From the NCBI GenBank assembly GCA_041661385.1, contig JBAZUP010000001.1, positions 209,692 through 273,691 of the forward strand: DNA of 64,000 nucleotides, written 5' to 3'. This document shows positions 57,009 through 64,000 of this stretch, one piece after another. The notes beneath the pieces were generated by a model. That model was not told the origin of the DNA and did not search any database. It was given only the letters and a program-made list of their open reading frames with translations. The stretch comes from Patescibacteria group bacterium (GTDB lineage Bacteria > Patescibacteriota > Patescibacteriia > Magasanikbacterales > GWA2-37-8). A program made the translations under genes and the position numbers. Each line of letters opens with the position of its first letter. The stretch's first letter is position 1.

Positions 57009-57369
57009 GTCGTTCATTAACTTTTGTTACAATATCTTCGAGTGACCAATCCGACTTAACCAAATAATCATACACTCCTCTATCTAACGCGTCCGCAACC
57101 TTATCTGCAATATTTAAATTTGTTAATAACACAACCGGAACGTCTTTACCCCATTCATTTCCGCGTAATTTCTTTAATACAGTCATACCATCCATAATCG
57201 GCATAACAATATCCAGCAAGATTAAATCCGGATGATCAGTAAGTGCCATTTCAAGAGCAACTGCGCCGTCGCCCGCAGTACTAACTTCATACCCCTCCTT
57301 TGAAAACCTCTCTTTAAGAACTTTTAATAAAGTTCTTTCATCCTCTACGATTAGCAGTTTCTTCTTCAT
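57001..57369 (-). CDS. Stand-alone response-regulator receiver domain protein (CheY-like)
   Basis: LLIVEDERTLLKVL...DLILLDIVMP...TNLN with no output domain. Confidence 0.7.
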   Translation of the reverse strand: MKKKLLIVEDERTLLKVLKERFSKEGYEVSTAGDGAVALEMALTDHPDLILLDIVMPIMDGMTVLKKLRGNEWGKDVPVVLLTNLNIADKVADALDRGVYDYLVKSDWSLEDIVTKVNERLS

Positions 57370-57419
57370 ATAGTTTGAATAAATCATGTCGCGCGTTATA
57401 ATTAGGGCGACTTAAATAA

Positions 57420-59378
57420 TTATTTTTTTTCTTTCATACCGGAAAGCGGAACTTCAAATACAAACTCTGTTCCGTATCCTTCTTTTGATTTAAAGGAAAT
57501 CTTCCCTCCAACAAAATCCACTACAGATTTCACAATGTATAACCCCAAACCGGTTCCGTCGGCTTGAATTTTTCCAGCATTATTCGCCCTAAAAAATTTA
57601 TTATATATATTTTTTTGATCTGCAATCGGAATACCAATTCCATTGTCGATAACCGAAACGATAATATTATCCTGATTTGATTTCATTTCAATTTTTACCA
57701 CACCTTTTTCTAAGGAATATTTAATTGCGTTTGAAATTAGATTTTGAAAAATCATCCTGATCAAACTTTCATCTATCATAACAACTAATTTTTTCATCAA
57801 ACAAACATATTCAATTTTTACTTTTTTTCCGATTGCATCGGGTTTCAGCTCTTTAACTACATCATTTAAAATAACGCACAAATCGGCAGATACAACATGG
57901 ATCGGTAAAGTACCTAATTCCAATCGTGAAACACTTAATAAATTATTTACTAAAGTTATCATCCTTTTATTACCATCAAAAATCTCTTTTATAAATTCAG
58001 TTTGTTTTTTATTTATTTTTCCGGCTTTGCCGCTTAGTAATAATTCTGAATACCACCTAATCGCTGTGAGCGGCGTTCGAAGCTGGTGCGAAGCCAATGA
58101 CGTAAATTCCGTTTTCGCGCGATCGACGGCAACTTCTTTAGAAACATCTCTTTCTAACCCGATAAAAAAAATCGGTTTATTATTTTTATCAAGAATTGGA
58201 GAGATACTTACCGCCGCATCATAAATTTCACCATTCTTTCGATGATTTTTTACTAACCCTTTGAATGGTTTGCCTTCGACCTTAATAACCTTCCAAAGAT
58301 TTTCATAATATTTTTTATCCATTAAACCACCCCAAAGTTGCCCGGCTTTTTTTCTGAACATTTCTCCGGTCGAATAACCGGTAATTTCTTCCGCAGCTTT
58401 ATTAGCATACATTATAAAACCCTCACTATCCGTGATAATGATATGATCAGACGCCCCTTCAATTGCTAATCGAAATTTTTCGTTTTCAGACAACAGCTTT
58501 TCAATTTGTTTTTTTTCTTCTTCTACTTTTTCTTTACCCCCTTCTACTTCTATAATCTTTATTTCTAATTCACGCGTTTTTTCTTTAACTTTTTTTTCCA
58601 AGGAACCGGTAAATTCGCGCTGTCTTATTAGTAATTTATTAAAAACATCCGCAATTTCCCCGAATTCGTCCGAGCCTTTCATTGGCAAGTGTTGTGACAA
58701 ATCACCTCCAGCTGCCTTCGGTAAAATTTTCGAAATAATATTTAAAGGCGTAACTACCCGTCGTTTTATAATTATCATCAGAAATATTAAAGCAACCACT
58801 TCGAGTATAAACAACACAAGTTGAACAGCTTCAGAAACGACAACTTTATTTCGAGCCGCCTCCTCGGCTGCTCGTACCGACCGATCAGTAAGGATAAAAA
58901 AATCTTCACTTTGACGCAACAAATCGGAAAATGCATCAGGCTGATTTTTTGACAGTTCAATAGTCTTTTTTATTTTTTCCCAATCCGTCGAAACATCATT
59001 CATGAGCAGCTGAAATTGGTCATTATTTAACTTCTTTAAACCAAGCGATTCATCGCCGTTTTTAAGACCGATAATAATTTTATCAAGCTGAAGCTCATAA
59101 GATTCTGCTTCACTATAATGACCGGCATAATCAAGCTTGAAAACCCGTTGCGCGAGACCTCTTACCAAGCCTGAATAATTAATAATTTTTGCATCGCTTT
59201 CTGAATTATGAATAAAAAAATACAGCACTCCAAACTCAAGAAGCGTCATTATAATAATGAATAATCCAAAGCGCTTTAACAAACTTGCGACTTTCATTAG
59301 ATTTGACTCTAATCTATTAGTTTCATTTATTATACCATGTCTAACAAATGAAAAACCAACCCGCCTAATATAAACCAA
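57420..59378 (-). CDS. Sensor histidine kinase (2 TM, PAS domain, HisKA, HATPase_c)
   Basis: H-box HQLRTPLTAIRW, N/G boxes (NLISNAIKYS, GTGLGLYIVKSVV) and a PAS-like segment. Confidence 0.8.
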   Translation of the reverse strand: MVYIRRVGFSFVRHGIINETNRLESNLMKVASLLKRFGLFIIIMTLLEFGVLYFFIHNSESDAKIINYSGLVRGLAQRVFKLDYAGHYSEAESYELQLDKIIIGLKNGDESLGLKKLNNDQFQLLMNDVSTDWEKIKKTIELSKNQPDAFSDLLRQSEDFFILTDRSVRAAEEAARNKVVVSEAVQLVLFILEVVALIFLMIIIKRRVVTPLNIISKILPKAAGGDLSQHLPMKGSDEFGEIADVFNKLLIRQREFTGSLEKKVKEKTRELEIKIIEVEGGKEKVEEEKKQIEKLLSENEKFRLAIEGASDHIIITDSEGFIMYANKAAEEITGYSTGEMFRKKAGQLWGGLMDKKYYENLWKVIKVEGKPFKGLVKNHRKNGEIYDAAVSISPILDKNNKPIFFIGLERDVSKEVAVDRAKTEFTSLASHQLRTPLTAIRWYSELLLSGKAGKINKKQTEFIKEIFDGNKRMITLVNNLLSVSRLELGTLPIHVVSADLCVILNDVVKELKPDAIGKKVKIEYVCLMKKLVVMIDESLIRMIFQNLISNAIKYSLEKGVVKIEMKSNQDNIIVSVIDNGIGIPIADQKNIYNKFFRANNAGKIQADGTGLGLYIVKSVVDFVGGKISFKSKEGYGTEFVFEVPLSGMKEKK

Positions 59379-59380
59379 TT

Positions 59381-60502
59381 TTATACAAAATATTCAAGTT
59401 TTTTTGCAAGCCATTCACGCAAATGTTGCAACCAATGCCGACGACGAAAAGCATCAATATTCAACGGCTCCGCCTGGGCCTTTAACTCATCAAACATGCC
59501 GTTCAATTCCGAAACCATTTTTTCATCAGTAAAGGAAACAGCGCTTTCTTCCTGATACGAAAATGAACGCGGCATCAGATTTATACTTCCGACCAGCCCG
59601 AGCTGACCATCTACCGTCAAAGCTTTACCATGATTCATTTTAGGCAAAAGATAAATATTAGCTCCCGCCCGAATTGTCAGATCAAAATAGGTCCGCGACA
59701 AAAGTTCCATAAGTTGAACATCCGCGTGATGAGGTAAAAAAATATTTACTTGAACTCCCCGAGCCGTTGCAATAGCGATGCCGCGCAAAAAATTTCCATC
59801 TGGAATATAATATGGCGATAATAAATTCACCCTTTCTTTTGCAATTGTTAAGGCCTTCAAATAGAAAAGTTTGGTCCGCGGCAACTTTGCCTTGGACGGC
59901 GAATGCACAATAAATTTTAGTTTTGCTGACAAATCTGGAATTACTTGTTCCAATATTCCCTGTCCTAAATACGGATACAATAACCGTCTTACATCCTTAC
60001 TTTGACCGCCGGACGAAATATAGCTTCTGGCGAACCCTTTCATGAGCGGCCAAGCAATTTTTCCGGTTAATTTAATAAAAATATCATCCCAATCTTTAAA
60101 ATCGGCTTTAATATTTACTCCGCCTAAAAAAACTATTTTTTTATCGACAATTAAAACCTTTCGATGGTTCCGGTGCATCAAACGAGAAACAAAATTCCAA
60201 AATTTAAGCTGAGGGTGATAACGACTATATCTTAAAACTACTACACCTGATGATGTTAAAAATTTTTCAGCCTTAGAAGAAAGTTTTGAACTTCCAAGAG
60301 CGTCTACTATCAATTTTACCTCAAGTCCAGCTTTAGCTTTTTCTGCAAGCAAATTTACAAACCGATTTCCCGCTTCATCATCAACAAAAATATATACTTC
60401 CCAAAAAATTGATTTTTGAGCTGTGAGTAGTGACTGGTACATTGCTTCCCAGGCGTCAGCGGTGGTTTTATAAAATTGGTACGAAAAATTATTTTCTTCC
60501 AT
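59381..60502 (-). CDS. Phospholipase D-family protein / cardiolipin synthase-like (two HKD motifs)
   Basis: HRKVLIVD and HGKALTVD. Its stop overlaps the kinase start, suggesting a cls-HK-RR operon. Confidence 0.7.
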   Translation of the reverse strand: MEENNFSYQFYKTTADAWEAMYQSLLTAQKSIFWEVYIFVDDEAGNRFVNLLAEKAKAGLEVKLIVDALGSSKLSSKAEKFLTSSGVVVLRYSRYHPQLKFWNFVSRLMHRNHRKVLIVDKKIVFLGGVNIKADFKDWDDIFIKLTGKIAWPLMKGFARSYISSGGQSKDVRRLLYPYLGQGILEQVIPDLSAKLKFIVHSPSKAKLPRTKLFYLKALTIAKERVNLLSPYYIPDGNFLRGIAIATARGVQVNIFLPHHADVQLMELLSRTYFDLTIRAGANIYLLPKMNHGKALTVDGQLGLVGSINLMPRSFSYQEESAVSFTDEKMVSELNGMFDELKAQAEPLNIDAFRRRHWLQHLREWLAKKLEYFV

Positions 60503-60548
60503 AATAATCTAGTATGCCACCTTTACAATAAGCAGTCAAAAAACATAA

Positions 60549-60590
60549 GACCCCCGCCCCGACGTACTGTCGGGACGAGGGTCTAAAAAA
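60549..60590 (-). terminator. Nested GC-rich hairpin (GACCC...CCGAC-GTACT-GTCGG...GGGTC) followed by a U-run on the minus strand
   Basis: Lies directly 3' of the small GC-rich ORF and immediately before a TTGACT-17-CATACT promoter-like element for the cls operon (60505-60539). Confidence 0.45.
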
Positions 60591-60609
60591 AGAACTAACT
60601 TCTGTCGGC

Positions 60610-60834
60610 TTAGCCGACCTGCTGGAGAGACGACTTTTCCTCCTGTTCGTGTATGAACTCGAGCACGAGCTCATGGATGTTGCGCTTCACGAAATGCGCG
60701 AAGGCCTGCGAGTCCGCGAGAATCTTCTCCACCTGCTCCTTCGGGAGCTGATCCTCGTTGAAGGCATGACGCGCGCCCTCATACACGAGATGGGGAACCA
60801 TGTTGCGCTTGAATTCGTCGGAACCATTCTTCAT
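60610..60834 (-). CDS. Small protein (74 aa from MKNGSDEF...) encoded within a roughly 60% GC insertion, unknown function
   Basis: About 80% G/C at third codon positions on the minus frame, against an AT-rich genome background. Flanked by hairpins at 60549-60585 and 60932-60960. The + strand ORF 60649-60852 lacks this third-position bias. Confidence 0.4.
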   Translation of the reverse strand: MKNGSDEFKRNMVPHLVYEGARHAFNEDQLPKEQVEKILADSQAFAHFVKRNIHELVLEFIHEQEEKSSLQQVG

Positions 60835-61092
60835 GACTACTCCTTGTTGTGAGACTTTCCGCCTCTTTTTGCCGATCTGGCAGGCCTGTTCCAACCGCTG
60901 AAATAGGCCATACAGATTATAAAAAGAAAAATCACCCGTTTTTTTCGGGTGATTAGAGTGTGAAGTTATTTCTTACTAGGCACAATCATAATCACCCTTC
61001 TTCAACAAAGAAAGGCTAATAATGCTAAGTAATGATTGCTTGTTTTGCATATTAATGTCATTATATATAATAACTATTAAGTCGTCAAATTT

Positions 61093-61758
61093 ATGAAATA
61101 CACCATTAAAACTGAGGCGCCAGCTTTAATATCAATTTTTATAACCTGGATTTTGGGCGTATACTTTTATGCGCAATTTCCTGAAAAGGTAATTACGCAC
61201 TGGAATTTTAACGGCGTTGCTGATGGTTACTCCGGAAAAACGCTTGGAGCGTTTCTCATGCCAATTATTTCAACATTTTTTTATGTTCTCTTTTTAGCTC
61301 TTCCAAGTCTTGACCCAAAAAAAGAAAATTACCTTAAATTTGAAAACTTATACCATTGGTTAAAAAATATTTTTATTATTTTCATGCTATTAATTTCTAC
61401 TGTTGTCGGAGCCGTTAATCTTGGCATAAACATCCCGATAAACCTGATAGTACCAAGCCTGGTCGGACTAATGTTTATTGCACTTGGTAGTATAATTGGA
61501 AAAATTAAACAAAACTGGTTTATTGGCTTTCGATTTCCTTGGACACTAACTTCCGAAAGTGTTTGGAATAAAACCAACCGCTTTGGCGGCTGGTCAATGA
61601 TTTTCTGCGGCGGTCTAATGCTTCTTACGCCGTTATTACCGAACGCAACGGGAATGGCAATTTTTTATATCGCAATTTTACAGATGGTATTTGGAACAAT
61701 GATCTATTCATACCTCGTATATCGCAAAGAACAAAAATCCGGCCAAAATAAAATTTAA
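61093..61758 (+). CDS. SdpI/YhfL-family membrane protein
   Basis: NWFIGFRFPWTLTSESVWNKTNRFGGW matches the SdpI-family core. 6 TM helices. Confidence 0.6.
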   Translation: MKYTIKTEAPALISIFITWILGVYFYAQFPEKVITHWNFNGVADGYSGKTLGAFLMPIISTFFYVLFLALPSLDPKKENYLKFENLYHWLKNIFIIFMLLISTVVGAVNLGINIPINLIVPSLVGLMFIALGSIIGKIKQNWFIGFRFPWTLTSESVWNKTNRFGGWSMIFCGGLMLLTPLLPNATGMAIFYIAILQMVFGTMIYSYLVYRKEQKSGQNKI

Positions 61759-62870
61759 GGCTGAAATAATGTTTCCGGAAAAAACTTAACTTCTTTAATT
61801 CCCGGAAACTGTTTAACAGTTGCTTCTATTTGCATCCAAAGTACGCCGACCCGGCATGATCCGCCCGAGGTTTTGTTGTTTAGGTCGGAAAAATTTAGAG
61901 TCGCAATACCGTCGTTCACAAAAAGCGAATTCAATTTAACCCCCTTGATCGGGAACTCACTCGAAACGCCCTGCGCTTTCTCCGCCGGGTAAATATTCCC
62001 TGCGAGTAACAAATTTACGGTATCTGAAATTATTTTATCTGAATTTGGCACAAACCGCTTTACCGATACGAGTCCCTTTTCGCTGCACAAAATATTACCA
62101 GTCCCGTCTTTATCTAAACCGGCATTATAATAATATAAATTAACTTCACGGCTTAATTTTGACGGCAACAAGGTAACCGGAATTTTAATTTCTCGATCAT
62201 TCTGAGGCAAACCGGAAGGGTTGTCAGCTGCGAGTACCAGTTCCGCCGGTGTTTTTGTCGCAACATCAAAATTTATAGTCGCAGAAAACGGTACAAAATC
62301 CGTCGTCATCCAATCACTGCCGGCCTGCGCAATCGTGGTTGTTATAACCGTTCCTTTTAAATCAATCAAACGTATAGGGAAACTAGCTTCAAAAAACCAT
62401 TGACCGCGTGCTCGACCAGTAATAGTTGTCGGACTTTCCAAAATATCTCCGGAAGTAATTTTGTCGACACTAATCAAATCTGCCGAGGTTTCCGCGGTAA
62501 GCTCGGTAATAGTTAAAACTTCGTTTTCCTTTTCACCTGAAACTCTAACTCTTGTACCGTTTGGAAAATCAATTTTATTACAATCAACTCTAGTACTGCC
62601 TACCGAACATTCACTCGTGTCAACGAACTTCAATTCAATCCGGCTAGCGGGCTTATCAGGCATATCTACTGTCAGATACCAAATGTCTCTAACCAAACCC
62701 GTGCTGTTGCGTATAAGCGTACCAGCGATTTGAAAATTCTTATTTATTCCATCTGGGGTCGAAGAAACAACCGGCGGACGCGTTGTTTGCAACAAGTTCC
62801 ATTTCCAACCATAATATCCAAACACTGAAACCAAAACTACCCCGATTGCCAAAATTAAGTATTTTTTCAT
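61755..62870 (-). CDS. Membrane-anchored protein with Gmad2-like Ig domain and C-terminal GerMN-like domain
   Basis: N-terminal TM helix. C-terminal LLAGNIYPAEKAQGVSSEFPIKGVKLNSLFVNDGIATLNFS is GerMN-like. The gene's 3' end overlaps the convergent SdpI-like gene by 4 bp. Confidence 0.45.
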   Translation of the reverse strand: MKKYLILAIGVVLVSVFGYYGWKWNLLQTTRPPVVSSTPDGINKNFQIAGTLIRNSTGLVRDIWYLTVDMPDKPASRIELKFVDTSECSVGSTRVDCNKIDFPNGTRVRVSGEKENEVLTITELTAETSADLISVDKITSGDILESPTTITGRARGQWFFEASFPIRLIDLKGTVITTTIAQAGSDWMTTDFVPFSATINFDVATKTPAELVLAADNPSGLPQNDREIKIPVTLLPSKLSREVNLYYYNAGLDKDGTGNILCSEKGLVSVKRFVPNSDKIISDTVNLLLAGNIYPAEKAQGVSSEFPIKGVKLNSLFVNDGIATLNFSDLNNKTSGGSCRVGVLWMQIEATVKQFPGIKEVKFFPETLFQP

Positions 62871-62985
62871 AAAAAACTTTTTTGCTCTATATGTATAATA
62901 ATGTTAAAACGCTTGAAAAGCAAGAAGAAATACACCTCTAATGGTGACAGTTAAGTTCTTATACAAATAATAATGCCAATAAGTA

Positions 62986-63012
62986 ACAAAAAACGACCCA
63001 TGTGGGTCGTTT
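62986..63012 (-). terminator. Intrinsic terminator after the glutaredoxin gene (CGACCCA-TG-TGGGTCG plus U-run on the minus strand)
   Basis: Perfect 7-bp stem with an A-run on + (a U-run on the minus strand) at 62988-62993. Confidence 0.55.
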
Positions 63013-63031
63013 ATTATATCGTAATAAGATT

Positions 63032-63289
63032 TTAAGAATTTACTTTTTCCAAAAATTTATTTTCGGCATGAAGCGCAATCATATCATCATAACCGCCAAT
63101 AAATTCATCTCCAACAAAAATCATCGGCACCGTCTGCCATTGATATTTTTCCACCATTTCATTTCGAAGTTTTTCATCACCAGCCAAATCAACTTCTTTA
63201 TATTGAACTTTTAGCTCATCAAACAAGGATTTGGCACGGCGACAGTATGGGCAAACCGGAGTAGAATAGATTGTTACTTGTTTACTCAT
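63032..63289 (-). CDS. Glutaredoxin
   Basis: TIYSTPVCPYCRRAK (CPYC active site) ... TVPMIFVGDEFIGGYDD. Confidence 0.8.
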   Translation of the reverse strand: MSKQVTIYSTPVCPYCRRAKSLFDELKVQYKEVDLAGDEKLRNEMVEKYQWQTVPMIFVGDEFIGGYDDMIALHAENKFLEKVNS

Positions 63290-63290
63290 A

Positions 63291-63641
63291 TTAGGTTTTT
63301 TTAAATTTAACGCTAAACTCAGGTTCGTATTTATTACTATATTCGTCTACCACCTCTACTGTCTCGCCTTTCATGAGTTTCGTCAAGGCGGCATCAGAAA
63401 GCATCGTGTTATCAGACTCAAGATCTACTTTAAAATCTTCTAATTTTGTAAACTCACCGGAAAAATCATTTTTTACCGATATTTCGATTTGTTTTTTTCG
63501 CTCCCGCAAAACTTTAATCTTTTCTTCTACATCTTTATACTCGCCAGATGCAGAAAGGGCATCTTTGTACGCTCCTCGAATATCTTTTGATTTCTTTTTA
63601 ATTTCCTGAATACGATTGAATATTTCCTGGATATCCTGCAT
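63291..63641 (-). CDS. Hypothetical coiled-coil protein (116 aa)
   Basis: Charged, helical composition with no motif. 1 bp from the glutaredoxin start, suggesting co-transcription. Confidence 0.4.
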   Translation of the reverse strand: MQDIQEIFNRIQEIKKKSKDIRGAYKDALSASGEYKDVEEKIKVLRERKKQIEISVKNDFSGEFTKLEDFKVDLESDNTMLSDAALTKLMKGETVEVVDEYSNKYEPEFSVKFKKT

Positions 63642-63705
63642 AAAAATTAGACGAAATTTAATTTAAGTTTGCATATTATACACTTAAATATATTTTGAAG
63701 CAAGA

Positions 63706-63737
63706 CTAAAAAACCACACTGTTCGTGTGGTTTTTGA
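63706..63737 (-). terminator. Intrinsic terminator after the DEAD-box helicase gene (CCACAC-TGTTC-GTGTGG plus U-run on the minus strand)
   Basis: Hairpin at 63714-63730 with A7 on + (U7 on the minus strand) at 63707-63713. Confidence 0.55.
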
Positions 63738-63740
63738 AGT

Positions 63741-64000
63741 TTATCGGAATCTTTTTTGAAACCCTCTGTTGCGGCCGCCTTGAAAACGATTGTTTCCGTT
63801 GTTTAGATTGTGATAATTGCCCGGTGGCAAAGAACGGCGTGGTGGAAGCACGGGAAGAATCATAATTGGAATAGTTTTGCGTATTAAACGTTCAATGCTT
63901 TTTATTTCACCGCGTTCACTTGGCGTTGCAAAAGAAATCGCCTTGCCAGACTTTCCGGCGCGGGCAGTTCGACCGATACGGTGAACATAATCTTCTGAAT
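63741..64000 (-). CDS. DEAD-box ATP-dependent RNA helicase, C-terminal fragment (continues beyond window end)
   Basis: Minus-strand translation gives ...[38 protein letters not shown]... (helicase motif [10 protein letters not shown]) and an RG-rich tail ending at TAA 63741. Confidence 0.75.
   Translation of the reverse strand, partial: SEDYVHRIGRTARAGKSGKAISFATPSERGEIKSIERLIRKTIPIMILPVLPPRRSLPPGNYHNLNNGNNRFQGGRNRGFQKRFR

Noticed and set aside
60649-60852. Plus-strand 67-aa ORF in the GC-rich insertion as the coding frame
   Set aside because: Its third codon positions are mixed, whereas the overlapping minus-strand frame shows about 80% GC3. The terminator hairpin is also positioned correctly for the minus frame.
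1-64000. CRISPR arrays, IS elements with transposase, prophage genes, rRNA
   Set aside because: No periodic repeat-spacer structure, transposase or integrase motifs, phage structural genes or rRNA-like conserved stretches were seen on either strand.

Overview
This is a 64 kb window from a low-GC bacterial chromosome (about 38-40% GC). Most genes are packed tightly on the minus strand, many overlapping by a few bp or apparently co-transcribed. The gene content is consistent with a small-genome Patescibacteria/CPR-like organism, but that is inference only. The evidence is: many GT2/GT4 glycosyltransferases, a rhamnose-pathway gene fusion, PilT plus a pilin-like protein, a subtilase, weak Shine-Dalgarno sequences and many small unknown proteins.

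Blocks in order:
1. 1-4.5 kb: HlyD-type efflux adaptor, an AbrB-like regulator, the CCA-adding enzyme and PilT.
2. 4.55-4.85 kb: two tandem tRNA-Pro genes followed by a 14-bp perfect palindrome.
3. 4.9-7.7 kb: a polytopic membrane protein with a pilin-like domain, a YdjM-like protein and an unknown membrane protein.
4. 7.7-24.9 kb: a large cell-surface glycan locus. It holds a sugar-1-P nucleotidyltransferase, five GT2 genes, two GT4 genes (one fused to dTDP-4-dehydrorhamnose reductase) and a PGI/PMI isomerase. It also holds a UXS-like dehydratase, a methyltransferase, DUF2304, the WbaP priming transferase, a YtxH protein, a thioredoxin-like protein and an S8 protease. A perfect 69-bp tandem duplication sits in one intergenic spacer.
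5. 25-32.6 kb: housekeeping genes pyrG, rplI, era, ctp, murA, a PEGA protein and RNase HI.
6. 32.6-39.3 kb: a heat-shock supra-operon hrcA-grpE-dnaK-(zinc-ribbon ORF)-dnaJ-ECF sigma-anti-sigma. It is driven by a sigma-A promoter overlapping a CIRCE operator. Its leader is GC-rich and structured, and on the opposite strand it carries an SRP-RNA helix-8-like motif.
7. 39.3-46 kb: SPFH protein, YidC, a moderately GC-rich orphan gene, an 864-aa protein with a C-terminal RimK-like ATP-grasp domain, a DapF-like epimerase and a Big-domain surface protein.
8. 46-52.3 kb: HIT, SulP, HAD, CDF, Nudix and an orphan 395-aa protein.
9. 52.3-60.5 kb: tRNA-Ser plus a tRNA 3'-half remnant, lgt, a tandem-LOG protein, gatCA, tsaE, a two-component system and a PLD/cardiolipin synthase.
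10. 60.5-61 kb: a roughly 60% GC insertion encoding a small ORF with high GC at third codon positions (high GC3).
11. 61-64 kb: an SdpI-like protein, a GerMN protein, glutaredoxin, an unknown protein and the partial 3' end of a DEAD-box helicase.

No CRISPR array, rRNA gene, IS element or prophage was recognised.
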